The notes: generated by a model from the letters alone, not told the origin. Shown: positions 26,789 through 36,590, counted from the first letter of the stretch. The stretch: 64,000 bases of DNA from an uncultured Spartobacteria bacterium (GCA_903823215.1 CAIJRY010000252.1:56-64055), one strand, 5' to 3'. Translations and numbers: made by a program.

Positions 26789-28733
26789 TCATGAAGCTGT
26801 CGAGGGAGTTGATGGCTTGTCCGAGAGATTTGCCCTCTTCCTGCTCCTGCGTGTTCAATTTGCCCGGTCCGGGCAAGGTATATCCGGGGCCCGCTTCATA
26901 GACCAGGCATTGGACAGCCCCGGGGCGTCCCTGCCCGGCGGCGATGGTGTCCGCCGTTTTTTTGAATCTGAGGGCGAGCGGCACGAGCAATCGACGGGAG
27001 AAAGAGAGAATATTCATCCACCCCTCCTCGGGATTGTCCGACTTGAGAAGGCCGACGGCATCCCATCCGCCGGTGTAATAGGCGATGTCGATGGCCTGAG
27101 CACTTGGAGCATTGCGCAATGCAGCCGCGCCGTAAGCCCAGCTCTCGAGACCAGGTTGGGCACTCCAGCCATTGAGGACAAATTGAAATTTATCAGCCTT
27201 AAACCAGGGGCTGGATTTCATCTGACGGAACATGAATTCGCTATATGCTCCATACATGGCTCCTCTCCCGGGAAACCCCTGAGGGACGAACATGCCGTTC
27301 CAAGTTTCGTTTCCCATTTCCAGCTTGATCTGACGAAAGGTTTCGGTCCAGGGAGTCTTGTGACCCCATGCCTCTCGTTTCTTGCCGTAGGGTGAATCAG
27401 GAGGGCCCGCGAGGTATTCGATCAGATTTTTCTGTTCCTGAACCGAAAAGATGGTGGAGGTGATGATCCAGGGATCCGTGCCGACCTGCTCGCAGAGTTC
27501 GAGCATCTGATGAAGTCCTAGAGGAGTTGTGGTGTGGGCGCCATCGGTTTCTTGAAAGGTCAGATTCGAAAGCTCGGGATGGCCGAGGGCATCGTCAAGA
27601 GCCCTACCGAACCCATTGTTTGCCTGAAGCACCCAGATCCGCAGCGTGCTGGGCTGAAATCGCTTCAAGGTTTCGACGATCTGGGGATAGAAACCATAGG
27701 GAGGAGGGCCGTCCTTCTCGACAATGCTGACATTATCGATGAGCAGGGCGCCCGGTTCTGCCGTATGAATTTCAAAGCGTTCGGTGTAATTCCCCGAGGG
27801 AGGGGCCCCCAGAAATTCAGCACTGTATTGATGCCACTGATTGCCAACCTGAAAAGTTGGATCGGCAATATTTCCTATTTTCACATCTACCGCTCCGGTT
27901 GGCATTCCTTTCTGTTTCATCCAGAGTTGGAGGATATAGGTTTTCCCCTCATGCAGGCGTGGCAGATCCGGTTTGTCACCCGAAATCAACCAATCGCCCA
28001 ATCCAATACGGCGACTATTCGTGGTCCATCCTTCCGGAACGCTGAGGGCCAGTGATGCGTTCCCTCCGCCGGGAGGCACATCCGGCGAAAGGGAAACCCG
28101 GACTCCCGCATTGTGGAGTTCCCGAGCATCCGCTTCATAAAACCGAAGGCCGGAACAGAGCCACCAGGGATTTTCCCCCCATGTGCGGGTGACACTTGCG
28201 GGGATGTTGGTACGAACGGCCGTCAGAACATAGATGTCACCCTCTTTGACGGCGGGGCCGGAGTTGGCAAAGGTGACAAGGTTGGGGCCCTGGACAGATG
28301 CCTGGTAAGAGGCAATTCTGTCTTCGCGCACAAGACTGACGGCATTGTTCTCGAACCTGTAAACAGCCGCCGTGCCACCATCAAAATATCCGGTTCTAAA
28401 GATGTCATAGTAACCGATCTTAGCCCCTTTTTCATCCTCAAGCGTCTTCTGCGAGCCACCTGTGGCAAATCCCTTCACTCTTGCGGTGATGGCGTTGGGA
28501 TTGGGAAAAAGCCACCATTGATTATGCCACGGTTCCGTATCCCAATGGCTCATGGTGGGAGGGGTGATGTTCACCCCGAAACGGGGTGGATCGGCCACCA
28601 CAACAGGTCGGGAAATATCAAAAACAGCCTCTTCCCCCTGTGTGGCCGGGAGAGCCAGAACAGGATGGGTGGATGCAAGGAGAAGAATCGCAAGACCAAG
28701 AGTAGCACAATCCTTGTGGATCGAGGGGATCAT
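26697..28733 (-). CDS. Secreted clan GH-A glycoside hydrolase with an N-terminal beta-sandwich/CBM-like region; native C-terminus apparently replaced
   Basis: Signal peptide. ALLIDNVSI is a CBM4_9-like strand. KLEMGNETWNG is an acid/base NE context. CLVYEAGPGY is a nucleophile Glu context. The last roughly 30 codons read through the SDR remnant in another frame. Confidence 0.6.
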   Translation of the reverse strand: MIPSIHKDCATLGLAILLLASTHPVLALPATQGEEAVFDISRPVVVADPPRFGVNITPPTMSHWDTEPWHNQWWLFPNPNAITARVKGFATGGSQKTLEDEKGAKIGYYDIFRTGYFDGGTAAVYRFENNAVSLVREDRIASYQASVQGPNLVTFANSGPAVKEGDIYVLTAVRTNIPASVTRTWGENPWWLCSGLRFYEADARELHNAGVRVSLSPDVPPGGGNASLALSVPEGWTTNSRRIGLGDWLISGDKPDLPRLHEGKTYILQLWMKQKGMPTGAVDVKIGNIADPTFQVGNQWHQYSAEFLGAPPSGNYTERFEIHTAEPGALLIDNVSIVEKDGPPPYGFYPQIVETLKRFQPSTLRIWVLQANNGFGRALDDALGHPELSNLTFQETDGAHTTTPLGLHQMLELCEQVGTDPWIITSTIFSVQEQKNLIEYLAGPPDSPYGKKREAWGHKTPWTETFRQIKLEMGNETWNGMFVPQGFPGRGAMYGAYSEFMFRQMKSSPWFKADKFQFVLNGWSAQPGLESWAYGAAALRNAPSAQAIDIAYYTGGWDAVGLLKSDNPEEGWMNILSFSRRLLVPLALRFKKTADTIAAGQGRPGAVQCLVYEAGPGYTLPGPGKLNTQEQEEGKSLGQAINSLDSFMTNLRLSTFQAWKLAAGESRSRKVGQARSAG

Positions 28734-29485
28734 CCAATATCGGCAAGTGCATTCACTCTCTTGTGGATTTTCAGCACTTCAAAAGTCATGCGGATCGAAT
28801 CCCTCAAAAGACTGACCTTGCTTCCGGGCACATCCTCCCAATCGACCGGAAACTCAACGACGGCACATTTTGATTTGAGCAGGAGCAGAAGCAGTTCGAC
28901 ATCGAAGGCAAAACCCTGAGAAGTCAGATGAGGCCGGATTTTCCGATAAGCCTCAATCTTAAGAATTTTTAGACCGCACTGGGTGTCGAAAGCTGGAACG
29001 CGTGCCAATTCGGAAACAAGCGTGGCGAAAACACGGCCTGAAAGATGGCGGCGAAAGGATCGGTGAATGGTGCGGCCCAACATCTTGACCCTGCTGGCAA
29101 GCAGGGCGTCGGCATGGCATACCGGGGAACGGAAAAATTCTTCGGCCCGGAGAATTTCGCGTGCACTCACGGCACCGTCTGCATCCGTGAAGGCAATGAG
29201 CGAATACCCCTCGGAGTGATTCCATCCTCGATGAACGGCCCCCCCCTTGCCCGTGTTTTTGTTTGTAAACAGTGGATCCAGCAACACGGGCATACCCTCG
29301 CCCGATTGCATTCTGCTGATGAGTGCGGAGAGTAGTTCCTGCTGTTCGGGAGCCGATCCGTCATCCGAAATCAGGATGGCGAAACGAGGAGGAAGAGTCT
29401 GAATCAGATCGGGCAAAAAAAGTTCCAGCCTGGAGACATCATTGTAGTGGGGGATGACCAAGAGTGTTTTGCTCACGATGATCAC
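28730..29485 (-). CDS. GT2 glycosyltransferase (polyprenol-phosphate sugar transferase-like)
   Basis: VIPHYND, ILISDDGS and AFTDADGA (DxD) motifs are present. The stop overlaps the downstream GH start. Confidence 0.8.
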   Translation of the reverse strand: MIIVSKTLLVIPHYNDVSRLELFLPDLIQTLPPRFAILISDDGSAPEQQELLSALISRMQSGEGMPVLLDPLFTNKNTGKGGAVHRGWNHSEGYSLIAFTDADGAVSAREILRAEEFFRSPVCHADALLASRVKMLGRTIHRSFRRHLSGRVFATLVSELARVPAFDTQCGLKILKIEAYRKIRPHLTSQGFAFDVELLLLLLKSKCAVVEFPVDWEDVPGSKVSLLRDSIRMTFEVLKIHKRVNALADIG

Positions 29486-29529
29486 TTTGCTGCTAAATGA
29501 GACCCGCGGTCAATGCCATCGTTGCCCAA

Positions 29530-30747
29530 TCAGGCATCGTATTTTGTGATCAGTTCCAGAAGTTTTTTGGCTTCGCAGAGTGCGGTGTGCCGTTCGGCGA
29601 CGAGTGCGCGACCCGCGAGTCCCATTTCCGTGAGATGAACCGGAGTAGAGACGAGACACTCCTCGATGGCCCCGGCCAGAAGTTCGGGATTGGCGGGCGC
29701 GACAAGCCAGCCAGTTTTTCCGTGCAAGACAAGCTCCGGAATCCCCATCACGGAGGTTGAAATTACGGGGCGACCCAAGGCAAGCGACTCCATGATGACC
29801 ACGGGCAATCCCTCTGCAAACGAGGGAAGAACCATGGCACGGGAGGAGAGGAGGATCTCTCGAATCTCCCGGCCCGATTTCCATCCTGCAAGATGAACGA
29901 TTTTTTCCAAATGAAGCCTGCGGATGGCATTTTCAATCTCTGGGCGCATCGGGCCGTCACCCACAAGCACGAGTTTGAGATCAGGAAATCGAGTGATCAC
30001 CCGTGCCGCGGCCTCCACCAGTGTCAGTTGCCCCTTTTGTTCGGAAAGCCGCCCGATACAGAGCAATTGCTGCGAGTCGGGGAGGGGAGTGAGCGCCATG
30101 GAGAGAAACGCATCATCGACACCGCAGTGAACAACATGGATTTTTTCCCAATCGGAGATTGAGGCCCAACGGTAGAGCTGGGAGCGACCGAAATCCGAAA
30201 TGGCGATGGCAAACGAAGCGTTGTGAATCTTGGCCCCCAAACCGAGCGTCTCCGTGCGGTCGAATTCCTCGGGGCCGTGGCAGGTAAAGGAATACGGAGG
30301 TCCACCCAAGAGGCGGACGAGCAGGGCAACCGCAGTGGAATTGGTGCCGAAATGGGCATGCACATGAGTGACTCCTTCCTTGGCAAAAGAGTGATGGAGA
30401 AAACAGGCTTCCGCAAAATACGCCAAACGGAGGAAGAGCCCCCTGCTCGGTTCCCAGCCCGATCTCATGGCGGTAAAAAGAGTATGGAGAGCTGCGCTCG
30501 GTCGGGCGATAAGAACCCGTAAGATGCCAAGGAGGAGGGTCGCCGCGCCCTGATCGAGCACGACAAAGGTTTTATCACGTTCTGCCTGATCGGCAGGATC
30601 GGGGAGCGGGCCGGCGTATCGACGGAGGGTGAACCGGGCGACGGAAGTGCCGAGTTGTTCGATGGCCTCGATTTCCCGGCGGATGAAACTCTGGCTTGGC
30701 TGCGGATACTGGTTGATGAGATAGGCGAGCTTCATGGTGGTTGTCAC
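29530..30747 (-). CDS. GT4 glycosyltransferase, WcaL-like
   Basis: The N-terminus KLAYLINQYPQPSQSFIRREI is typical of WcaL-type GT4 enzymes. The C-terminal motif is EGLPVVIMESLALGRPVIST (E-x7-E). Confidence 0.85.
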   Translation of the reverse strand: MTTTMKLAYLINQYPQPSQSFIRREIEAIEQLGTSVARFTLRRYAGPLPDPADQAERDKTFVVLDQGAATLLLGILRVLIARPSAALHTLFTAMRSGWEPSRGLFLRLAYFAEACFLHHSFAKEGVTHVHAHFGTNSTAVALLVRLLGGPPYSFTCHGPEEFDRTETLGLGAKIHNASFAIAISDFGRSQLYRWASISDWEKIHVVHCGVDDAFLSMALTPLPDSQQLLCIGRLSEQKGQLTLVEAAARVITRFPDLKLVLVGDGPMRPEIENAIRRLHLEKIVHLAGWKSGREIREILLSSRAMVLPSFAEGLPVVIMESLALGRPVISTSVMGIPELVLHGKTGWLVAPANPELLAGAIEECLVSTPVHLTEMGLAGRALVAERHTALCEAKKLLELITKYDA

Positions 30748-30757
30748 AGAAAGGCAA

Positions 30758-32383
30758 TCACGAGCGAGCCTTCATGATACGCAGCTGTTTCATGATGAGA
30801 AGGGCGGCTGCAAGACAAGGGATCCCTGCAAGGAGAAGGCCAGACAGGACTTCCCAACGCTGGGCTACGCAGCTGGCCAGCCACTTCATTCCAAAGACGG
30901 CTGCCCCTCCATAGACCATGAAGAGGAGTGTGAAGAGGAGTGTCTGCATCAGCATGTCGGCTCTCCTTACCGGAATCCAAAGCATCAGACCAAGGTGAGA
31001 GATCAGAAATCCCATGCTAAGTCCCAGAATAAATCCCGGAAGTCCGAAATACCAATATCCGGGAATGCCCAGCGCATAGCCCAGAATAGTAAGGATATTG
31101 GAAACAAAAAGTGCCCGGGAATGCCCAAGTGCCATGGGCACGCGTTCCATCGAATTGAGCACGATGGAAAACCAGACCATAATGGAGAGCCATTGGGAAA
31201 TGACTCCGGCTGCCGCATAGCTGTGTTTGTAAAAATATTTGAAAAACAACGGTGCTACAATGGCGAAGGAACAGGCCAGTGATCCGCCTGCCAGCAGGAT
31301 GAGTCTTCGGGCGTTGATGCTTTGCCCCACGAGGGTCACGGGATCATCCTGACTTCGTGAAAGGACCGGAAAGAGAACGGTGCTGCTGAGGCGTGTGCTG
31401 ATCTCCGTTCCGAACCGCGCAAAAGTGAGTGCCATGCTATAGACACCGAGCTCGCTCAGGGTCAGAAGCTTGCCCAGGATGATCCGATCCAGATTGGCTG
31501 CAAGAAAGGCGACAATAGTTCCGAGCATGATCCATTTTCCAAAGCGGCGGAGTTCTTCCACTGCGGCTGGTTCCCAGCAAAATTTGTTTTTCAGGGGACG
31601 ATTGAGCCAGTGACTCATCGGCAAACGGACAACGCTATACACGATGGCGCCGGCGACTAATGCCCAGACGCCGGGCTGAACCCATGCCCATGCAAGCATC
31701 GCGATGACCGAGATAATCTGGGGCACCATCTCCATTAGGGTCACTGCTCCCAACTCCAATGTCCGGTTCAGTGTGAAGATCGAAGTGGAATAAAATCCGC
31801 TGATCACGGTGGAAAATCCAATCACCGGCATTGCCCAAAGCAGTGCATGTGCCGTGTGAGGATCATTGCCGTAGAATTTTGAAACAGGCCAGGCAATTAG
31901 ACAGAAGCCAAACCAAAGCACGACCCCACGGATAACCTGGATGGTCCAGGCTGTGTTGAGAAAGGCGGGGTCATCGCCACGTCGGTTCTGGATGATGCTG
32001 GGGCCGATGCTTTTCTGCCTGCACCAATGGAGGAGCTCGATTGCCGAGGGAATGAGCGCAATCAGCCGGAGTTTTTCGCCCTGCGAGGCCTCGCGCAATG
32101 AATGGATATAGCCGACAGCTTTGGCAATCTGTGCAGGATGGGAAAGGGCAAATATGAGCGTGCGCGCTACAGAGGGAGGGAAGAGGTAAGTGGTTTCCCT
32201 GATGGCCTGATCTCTGAAGGGATGTGGCGATGAAGAGGCATCGGGCGCTTTGGTAGAAAAAAGGTGAACCGACACGCCTTGAGCGCGAAGAGCGCCGATT
32301 TCCTTCCAGAAAAAATTATGGGTCTGCGTCGGGAACTCAGGAACGAGGTATCCGAGGTTGAGAGTTTCTGTTGACGATGACAT
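30758..32383 (-). CDS. Chimeric ORF: N-terminal fragment of a WcaL-like GT4 fused in frame to a Wzx-type polysaccharide flippase that lacks its first TM helices
   Basis: The residues from the start M (32383) to about ...HWCRQKSIG parallel the first roughly 130 aa of the neighbouring GT4. From about nt 32000 onward the ORF shows Wzx blocks (FGKWIMLGTIVAFLAANLDRIILGKLL..LGVYSMA). The ORF track starts at 32479, which would overlap the STAS gene. Confidence 0.6.
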   Translation of the reverse strand: MSSSTETLNLGYLVPEFPTQTHNFFWKEIGALRAQGVSVHLFSTKAPDASSSPHPFRDQAIRETTYLFPPSVARTLIFALSHPAQIAKAVGYIHSLREASQGEKLRLIALIPSAIELLHWCRQKSIGPSIIQNRRGDDPAFLNTAWTIQVIRGVVLWFGFCLIAWPVSKFYGNDPHTAHALLWAMPVIGFSTVISGFYSTSIFTLNRTLELGAVTLMEMVPQIISVIAMLAWAWVQPGVWALVAGAIVYSVVRLPMSHWLNRPLKNKFCWEPAAVEELRRFGKWIMLGTIVAFLAANLDRIILGKLLTLSELGVYSMALTFARFGTEISTRLSSTVLFPVLSRSQDDPVTLVGQSINARRLILLAGGSLACSFAIVAPLFFKYFYKHSYAAAGVISQWLSIMVWFSIVLNSMERVPMALGHSRALFVSNILTILGYALGIPGYWYFGLPGFILGLSMGFLISHLGLMLWIPVRRADMLMQTLLFTLLFMVYGGAAVFGMKWLASCVAQRWEVLSGLLLAGIPCLAAALLIMKQLRIMKARS

Positions 32384-32411
32384 GCAACAGCTCTCTGGGA
32401 GTGCCGATGAG

Positions 32412-32723
32412 TTAGGCGACCTTAAAGACCCGATGGAGTCTGAGAAGTTCAAGAACAGCCTGAACCCCCGGCTGAACATTCCTGAGGGTCACTTCGGCAT
32501 CATCTCCCGGAAGTTTGCGATAGATTCCAAGGAGCACACCGATGCCGGAACTGTCGATGAAGCGGACATTGCCGATTTCCACCTCGGCGCGTTTGACGGC
32601 GGGATCGAGATCAAGATTCATCTCATTCTTGATGGCGGAGGCTGAAGTCGCGTCAAGGCGTGGAACGAGGATGGAAATTTGGAGAACATCTCCAGAGACT
32701 TTTATGCGGAATTTTTCGCTCAT
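32412..32723 (-). CDS. STAS-domain anti-sigma-factor antagonist (SpoIIAA/RsbV-like)
   Basis: The 103-aa ORF from MSEKF carries the conserved phospho-acceptor context RFIDSSGIGVLLG. Confidence 0.8.
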   Translation of the reverse strand: MSEKFRIKVSGDVLQISILVPRLDATSASAIKNEMNLDLDPAVKRAEVEIGNVRFIDSSGIGVLLGIYRKLPGDDAEVTLRNVQPGVQAVLELLRLHRVFKVA

Positions 32724-32939
32724 AGAATAAAGGGGTGTCGTTGGATGGAACAAATCGATTTATAAACAGGTTGTTACAAACGACAAGAAAGATACGCAAC
32801 CAAGTGAAAGAAGCGGGACGATTGAAGAGCTTCCCTTTTTCTTGTAGGGCGATATTCTTAAGATCATGGCCCAAGTATTTCTCGTAGTATTCCCGTTACC
32901 TGATGGGAGAGCAGGCAAAAGATTTTAAGCACCCAGACG

Positions 32940-33692
32940 ATGAGTAATGATCCGATGACAAAGCCTGCCTCTCTCAGGTTGCCCGACTACACCATTGATT
33001 ACTGGATTCGTAGTTCGACTGCAGGAGGTCGCTTCCGGTTGAAGCTCAGATTCCAATCGAAGCTATGGCTCTGGAAGTTGGTTGTGTTCTTCGCCCATGG
33101 GTTGAAGCGGGTTCTTGATATCATCGGATCGTCCATGGCTCTCCTGTTGGCATCCCCCATCTTTGCGATCACGGCACTGCTTATTAAGCTCGAAGATGGA
33201 GGGCCTATCTTCTTCAAACAAACCCGGGTTGGAAATCACGGAAAGAGTTTCACGATGTGGAAGTTCCGCTCGATGGTTACCAACGCTGACAAAATCAAGG
33301 ATCAACTCAAGGATCAGAATGAAATGAATGGCGGTGTCATCTTTAAAATGAAAGAGGATCCTCGCATCACTTTTATTGGAAAATATATCCGCAAATATTC
33401 CATCGATGAGCTCCCCCAATTCTGGAATGTGCTCATCGGGGATATGGCCCTTGTCGGACCGAGGCCGTCGCTTCCAAGGGAGGTGGCCGAATACTCTGCC
33501 GAGGAACGCCAGAGACTGCTTGTCAAGCCGGGCATTACCTGCGTCTGGCAGGTCAGTGGTCGCAGTGAGATTAATTTTTCCGGTCAGGTACAGCTGGATC
33601 TTGCCTATATCCGCTCAAGCAGCGTCCTGACGGACATCAAGCTCCTGCTCAAGACAATTCCGGCCGTCCTTCTGGGCAAGGGAGCGTATTGA
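32940..33692 (+). CDS. Polyprenyl-phosphate sugar-1-phosphate transferase (Bac_transf family priming enzyme)
   Basis: KRVLDIIGS, FFKQTRVG, KFRSM, DELPQFWNVLIGDMALVGPRP and PGITCVWQVSGRS blocks are present. Confidence 0.9.
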   Translation: MSNDPMTKPASLRLPDYTIDYWIRSSTAGGRFRLKLRFQSKLWLWKLVVFFAHGLKRVLDIIGSSMALLLASPIFAITALLIKLEDGGPIFFKQTRVGNHGKSFTMWKFRSMVTNADKIKDQLKDQNEMNGGVIFKMKEDPRITFIGKYIRKYSIDELPQFWNVLIGDMALVGPRPSLPREVAEYSAEERQRLLVKPGITCVWQVSGRSEINFSGQVQLDLAYIRSSSVLTDIKLLLKTIPAVLLGKGAY

Positions 33693-33699
33693 CCAACCG

Positions 33700-34878
33700 A
33701 TGAAATCGTGGCATCTGATAGCGCCCGAATGGGAGGCACTCGACACAATCTGGCGCTCCCCCCTCCCTTTTCTGCTGTGGCCTGTTTGTGAGAAACCGCT
33801 GCTGACCTACTGGCTTGATGAGGCTGTGCGACAGGGAATTCCCTCGGTGAGCATCGAGGCGGTGGATCGTCCTCATCTTGTGAGAAAATGGCTGGAGGGA
33901 AGCGCTCTTTGGTCCCGCTCCATCGATGTGCTGGCACAACCGGGAGGAGGAGAGGGAAAGGAATGCTTCCTCTTGCAAGGACTTCCTAGTCAGGAAAACC
34001 TCCCTCCTGTGACCACACCCAAGGAACTCATCCAACGATGGTATGATCTCCAAGTCGAGGCATTGAGAAGGCGATCCAGCGGAATGATCCATCTGGATCA
34101 TGAATATCAGCCAGGAATCTGGTTCGGCCCAGGAGCTAGGGCCGCGGCAGGGGTCAGCTTCATCCCCTGCTGGGTGGGTAGTCATGTCAGAATTGAATCC
34201 GGCTGTCGTCTGGGACCGTATGCATTTCTAGGTGCCGGGGCTTTTCTGGACGAGGATGTTGAGGTTGTGGAATCAATCGTCTGTGCCGAGACCTATGTCG
34301 GTTCCCACATCACCCTGGACCGTATGGCTGCGCAGGGTGGTCTGCTGATGGACTTCGAACGGGGAGTCGGTGTCGAAGTATTGGATGAGTTTGTGCTCTC
34401 CTCGATGGAATCGGCCTCCCTGTATCCATCGCTGGCCGAGAGAATATGCGCTTTTGTCTTTGCCTCTCCGCTGACATGGCTGGCCCGACTCGTGAACCGG
34501 GGCGTGCCGCCGGAAGAGGCGGTCTGTCAACTCTCCCGATCCAAAACAGTCTGTCTGCTCACCTACTCCAAAGGCCCTCTTTGTCTCCGCCGCGCTCCCT
34601 GGCTGCACATGGTGGCCGAGGGCAAAATGAAAATATTCGGCGTGCTGCCCCGGACAGAGGAGAATTGGAAAAAACTCTCCCCAGAAGCCAGATCGGTTCT
34701 CGATCAGGCCTCAGTGGGTGTTTTTGCACTTTCCGATCTCTATGATTGCCATTCACCCAAAGAACCGGATGAATGGATGCATGCTGTGTTTCAGGCAGGC
34801 AATCCCGCTGGATCGAGCAATGCACGCAATTGGTCGAAGCTCCTCAGGATCATTTTTATCAACCCAGTGAAATCATGA
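33700..34878 (+). CDS. Hypothetical three-part protein: degenerate NTP-transferase-like N-domain, left-handed beta-helix repeats, and a degenerate Bac_transf-like C-terminal segment
   Basis: LLWPVCEKPLLTYWLDEAVRQGI is a nucleotidyltransferase-like strand-helix. Hexapeptide-like repeats run WVGSHVRIESGCRLGPYAFLGAGAFLDEDVEV. The C-terminal WLHMVAEGKMKIFGVLPRT parallels the LxNVLxGxMSLVGPRP block of sugar transferases. Confidence 0.5.
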   Translation: MKSWHLIAPEWEALDTIWRSPLPFLLWPVCEKPLLTYWLDEAVRQGIPSVSIEAVDRPHLVRKWLEGSALWSRSIDVLAQPGGGEGKECFLLQGLPSQENLPPVTTPKELIQRWYDLQVEALRRRSSGMIHLDHEYQPGIWFGPGARAAAGVSFIPCWVGSHVRIESGCRLGPYAFLGAGAFLDEDVEVVESIVCAETYVGSHITLDRMAAQGGLLMDFERGVGVEVLDEFVLSSMESASLYPSLAERICAFVFASPLTWLARLVNRGVPPEEAVCQLSRSKTVCLLTYSKGPLCLRRAPWLHMVAEGKMKIFGVLPRTEENWKKLSPEARSVLDQASVGVFALSDLYDCHSPKEPDEWMHAVFQAGNPAGSSNARNWSKLLRIIFINPVKS

Positions 34879-36590
34879 AATGTGAACTCAGTTGCTGTTT
34901 AGATGTTTTGGATCCCGTCCTGGAGGATGTTCCCAAGGCACTCGGACAGTTGGTCGGCTTTCTCCGCGATCATGGCGTGGCGGATGAGATCTTCCTCAAT
35001 CAGTTTGAACTTGCCGCAGCGGAGGCGATCAACAATGCGGCAGAGCATGGGTGCGCCAACGCGGCAGAGAAATTTTTTCGCGCCCGACTTTATCTCAAAC
35101 CCGACCACATCGAGCTTCGTGTTGCCGATCCCTCTGATTTTAAAGGGTTGCCCGGCGAACCGGATCTCCCGACAGATCCCTTTGAGGAGGGCGGGCGCGG
35201 TTATTTTATCATGAAGCGCATGACCGATGAGCTGCTTCACGAAGAGGAGAACGGATGTCATGTTCTCGTACTTCGCAAGCAGTTTGCCGCGTCAGGATGG
35301 CAGTACCGTCCTGGTCAGTCCGATCAGATTGTCACGGACATCGCCGATGAACTTGTCTCCAGCTACGAACTCATTAACACGATGGTGTATCTTGGTGAGT
35401 GGCTTGCCATGGCCCCGGATATGGTTGCCTTCATGGATGGTGCGCTCGAAAAGCTCTGCGCGGTCACAGGTGCTGAAATCGCCTATGTCCGTATTGAGGA
35501 GAAGGGGGCGCTAAAACTGTTCAGGGAAAGAGGAACTCCCCTGCAACCCATCGAGCAGAGCATTCCGCACAACGGCAGCCAGGTCGAAGCGGGTGTCTTT
35601 CGCACCGGGAAGGAAATCACACTTCCCGAAGGTTCTGCCTTGAAAGAGAAAGACCCCCTTTCCTCAATCCTCCTCAGCAGCTTTGTCACGCCGGTTGTTT
35701 TTAAGGATCAATTTCGAGGTGTGCTCGTCATGGGGAGGACTCATCCGGCCCCTTACTTCGTGGCAGGCAAGCTCAAGGTGGCCCGAATGGTCGCGGAGTA
35801 TCTTGGAATCATTGTTGCCCTGGGTGAACTTCAGAAACAACGGGCCGCTGAACAACTCGCCCTGCGTGATCTGGAAATTGCGGCGCAGATTCAGCTATCC
35901 CTGATGCCACAGACTTTCTCGCCCATACCGGGGTTGGATCTCTATGGCACATGCCGTCCCGCACTTCAGTCCGGAGGTGATTATTTCGACATCATCGTCC
36001 TGCCGGATCAGTCCGTTCTCTGCGTGATTGCCGATGTCATGGGCAAGGGATTGCCTGCGGCACTGCTTGCCACAATGTTGCGCACCAATCTCCACGCCGT
36101 TGTTGCTTCGAATGTGATGCATCCCGAGGAGATCCTCACCAAGATCAATCAGCTGATGTGCAAGGATCTGATCAAGCTGGAGATGTTCATTACGATCGTC
36201 TGCGTCTGGATTTCCTCCGACCGCCGACAGGTTCGCACGACCAGTGCGGGCCATCTTTCCCTGATGTTGCAGCGGGCCAATGGGAGTATTGTCGAAATTG
36301 AAGGAAAGGGAATTCCGGTTGGAATCTTTCCCGACATAACCTATCCTTCCGAAACCACCCCCTTTGAGCCCGGAGACAGGCTTCTGCTCTATACCGATGG
36401 AATCATTGAGGCGGTTGGTGATGATGAATCCATGTTTGAAATAGAACGGGTTCGACAGTCGCTGGACACATCCCGCCTGCTTTCCGCGCGCAAAACCGTT
36501 GAAAAATTACTTCAGGAAGCTGCAAGCTTCTCAGGTACCCGTCCCCCCTCCGACGACCGTACCATCATCCTCGTTTCCCGCACCCAATGA
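34875..36590 (+). CDS. Fusion of an RsbW/SpoIIAB-like HATPase_c_2 domain, a GAF-like domain and a PP2C (SpoIIE) serine phosphatase
   Basis: N-box AAAEAINNAAEHG and GGRGYFIMKRM mark the kinase-like domain. The PP2C domain has AAQIQLSLMP, SGGDYFDI, IADVMGKGLPAAL, LYTDGIIEA and DDRTIILV. The start overlaps the upstream stop (ATGA at 34875). Confidence 0.8.
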   Translation: MKCELSCCLDVLDPVLEDVPKALGQLVGFLRDHGVADEIFLNQFELAAAEAINNAAEHGCANAAEKFFRARLYLKPDHIELRVADPSDFKGLPGEPDLPTDPFEEGGRGYFIMKRMTDELLHEEENGCHVLVLRKQFAASGWQYRPGQSDQIVTDIADELVSSYELINTMVYLGEWLAMAPDMVAFMDGALEKLCAVTGAEIAYVRIEEKGALKLFRERGTPLQPIEQSIPHNGSQVEAGVFRTGKEITLPEGSALKEKDPLSSILLSSFVTPVVFKDQFRGVLVMGRTHPAPYFVAGKLKVARMVAEYLGIIVALGELQKQRAAEQLALRDLEIAAQIQLSLMPQTFSPIPGLDLYGTCRPALQSGGDYFDIIVLPDQSVLCVIADVMGKGLPAALLATMLRTNLHAVVASNVMHPEEILTKINQLMCKDLIKLEMFITIVCVWISSDRRQVRTTSAGHLSLMLQRANGSIVEIEGKGIPVGIFPDITYPSETTPFEPGDRLLLYTDGIIEAVGDDESMFEIERVRQSLDTSRLLSARKTVEKLLQEAASFSGTRPPSDDRTIILVSRTQ

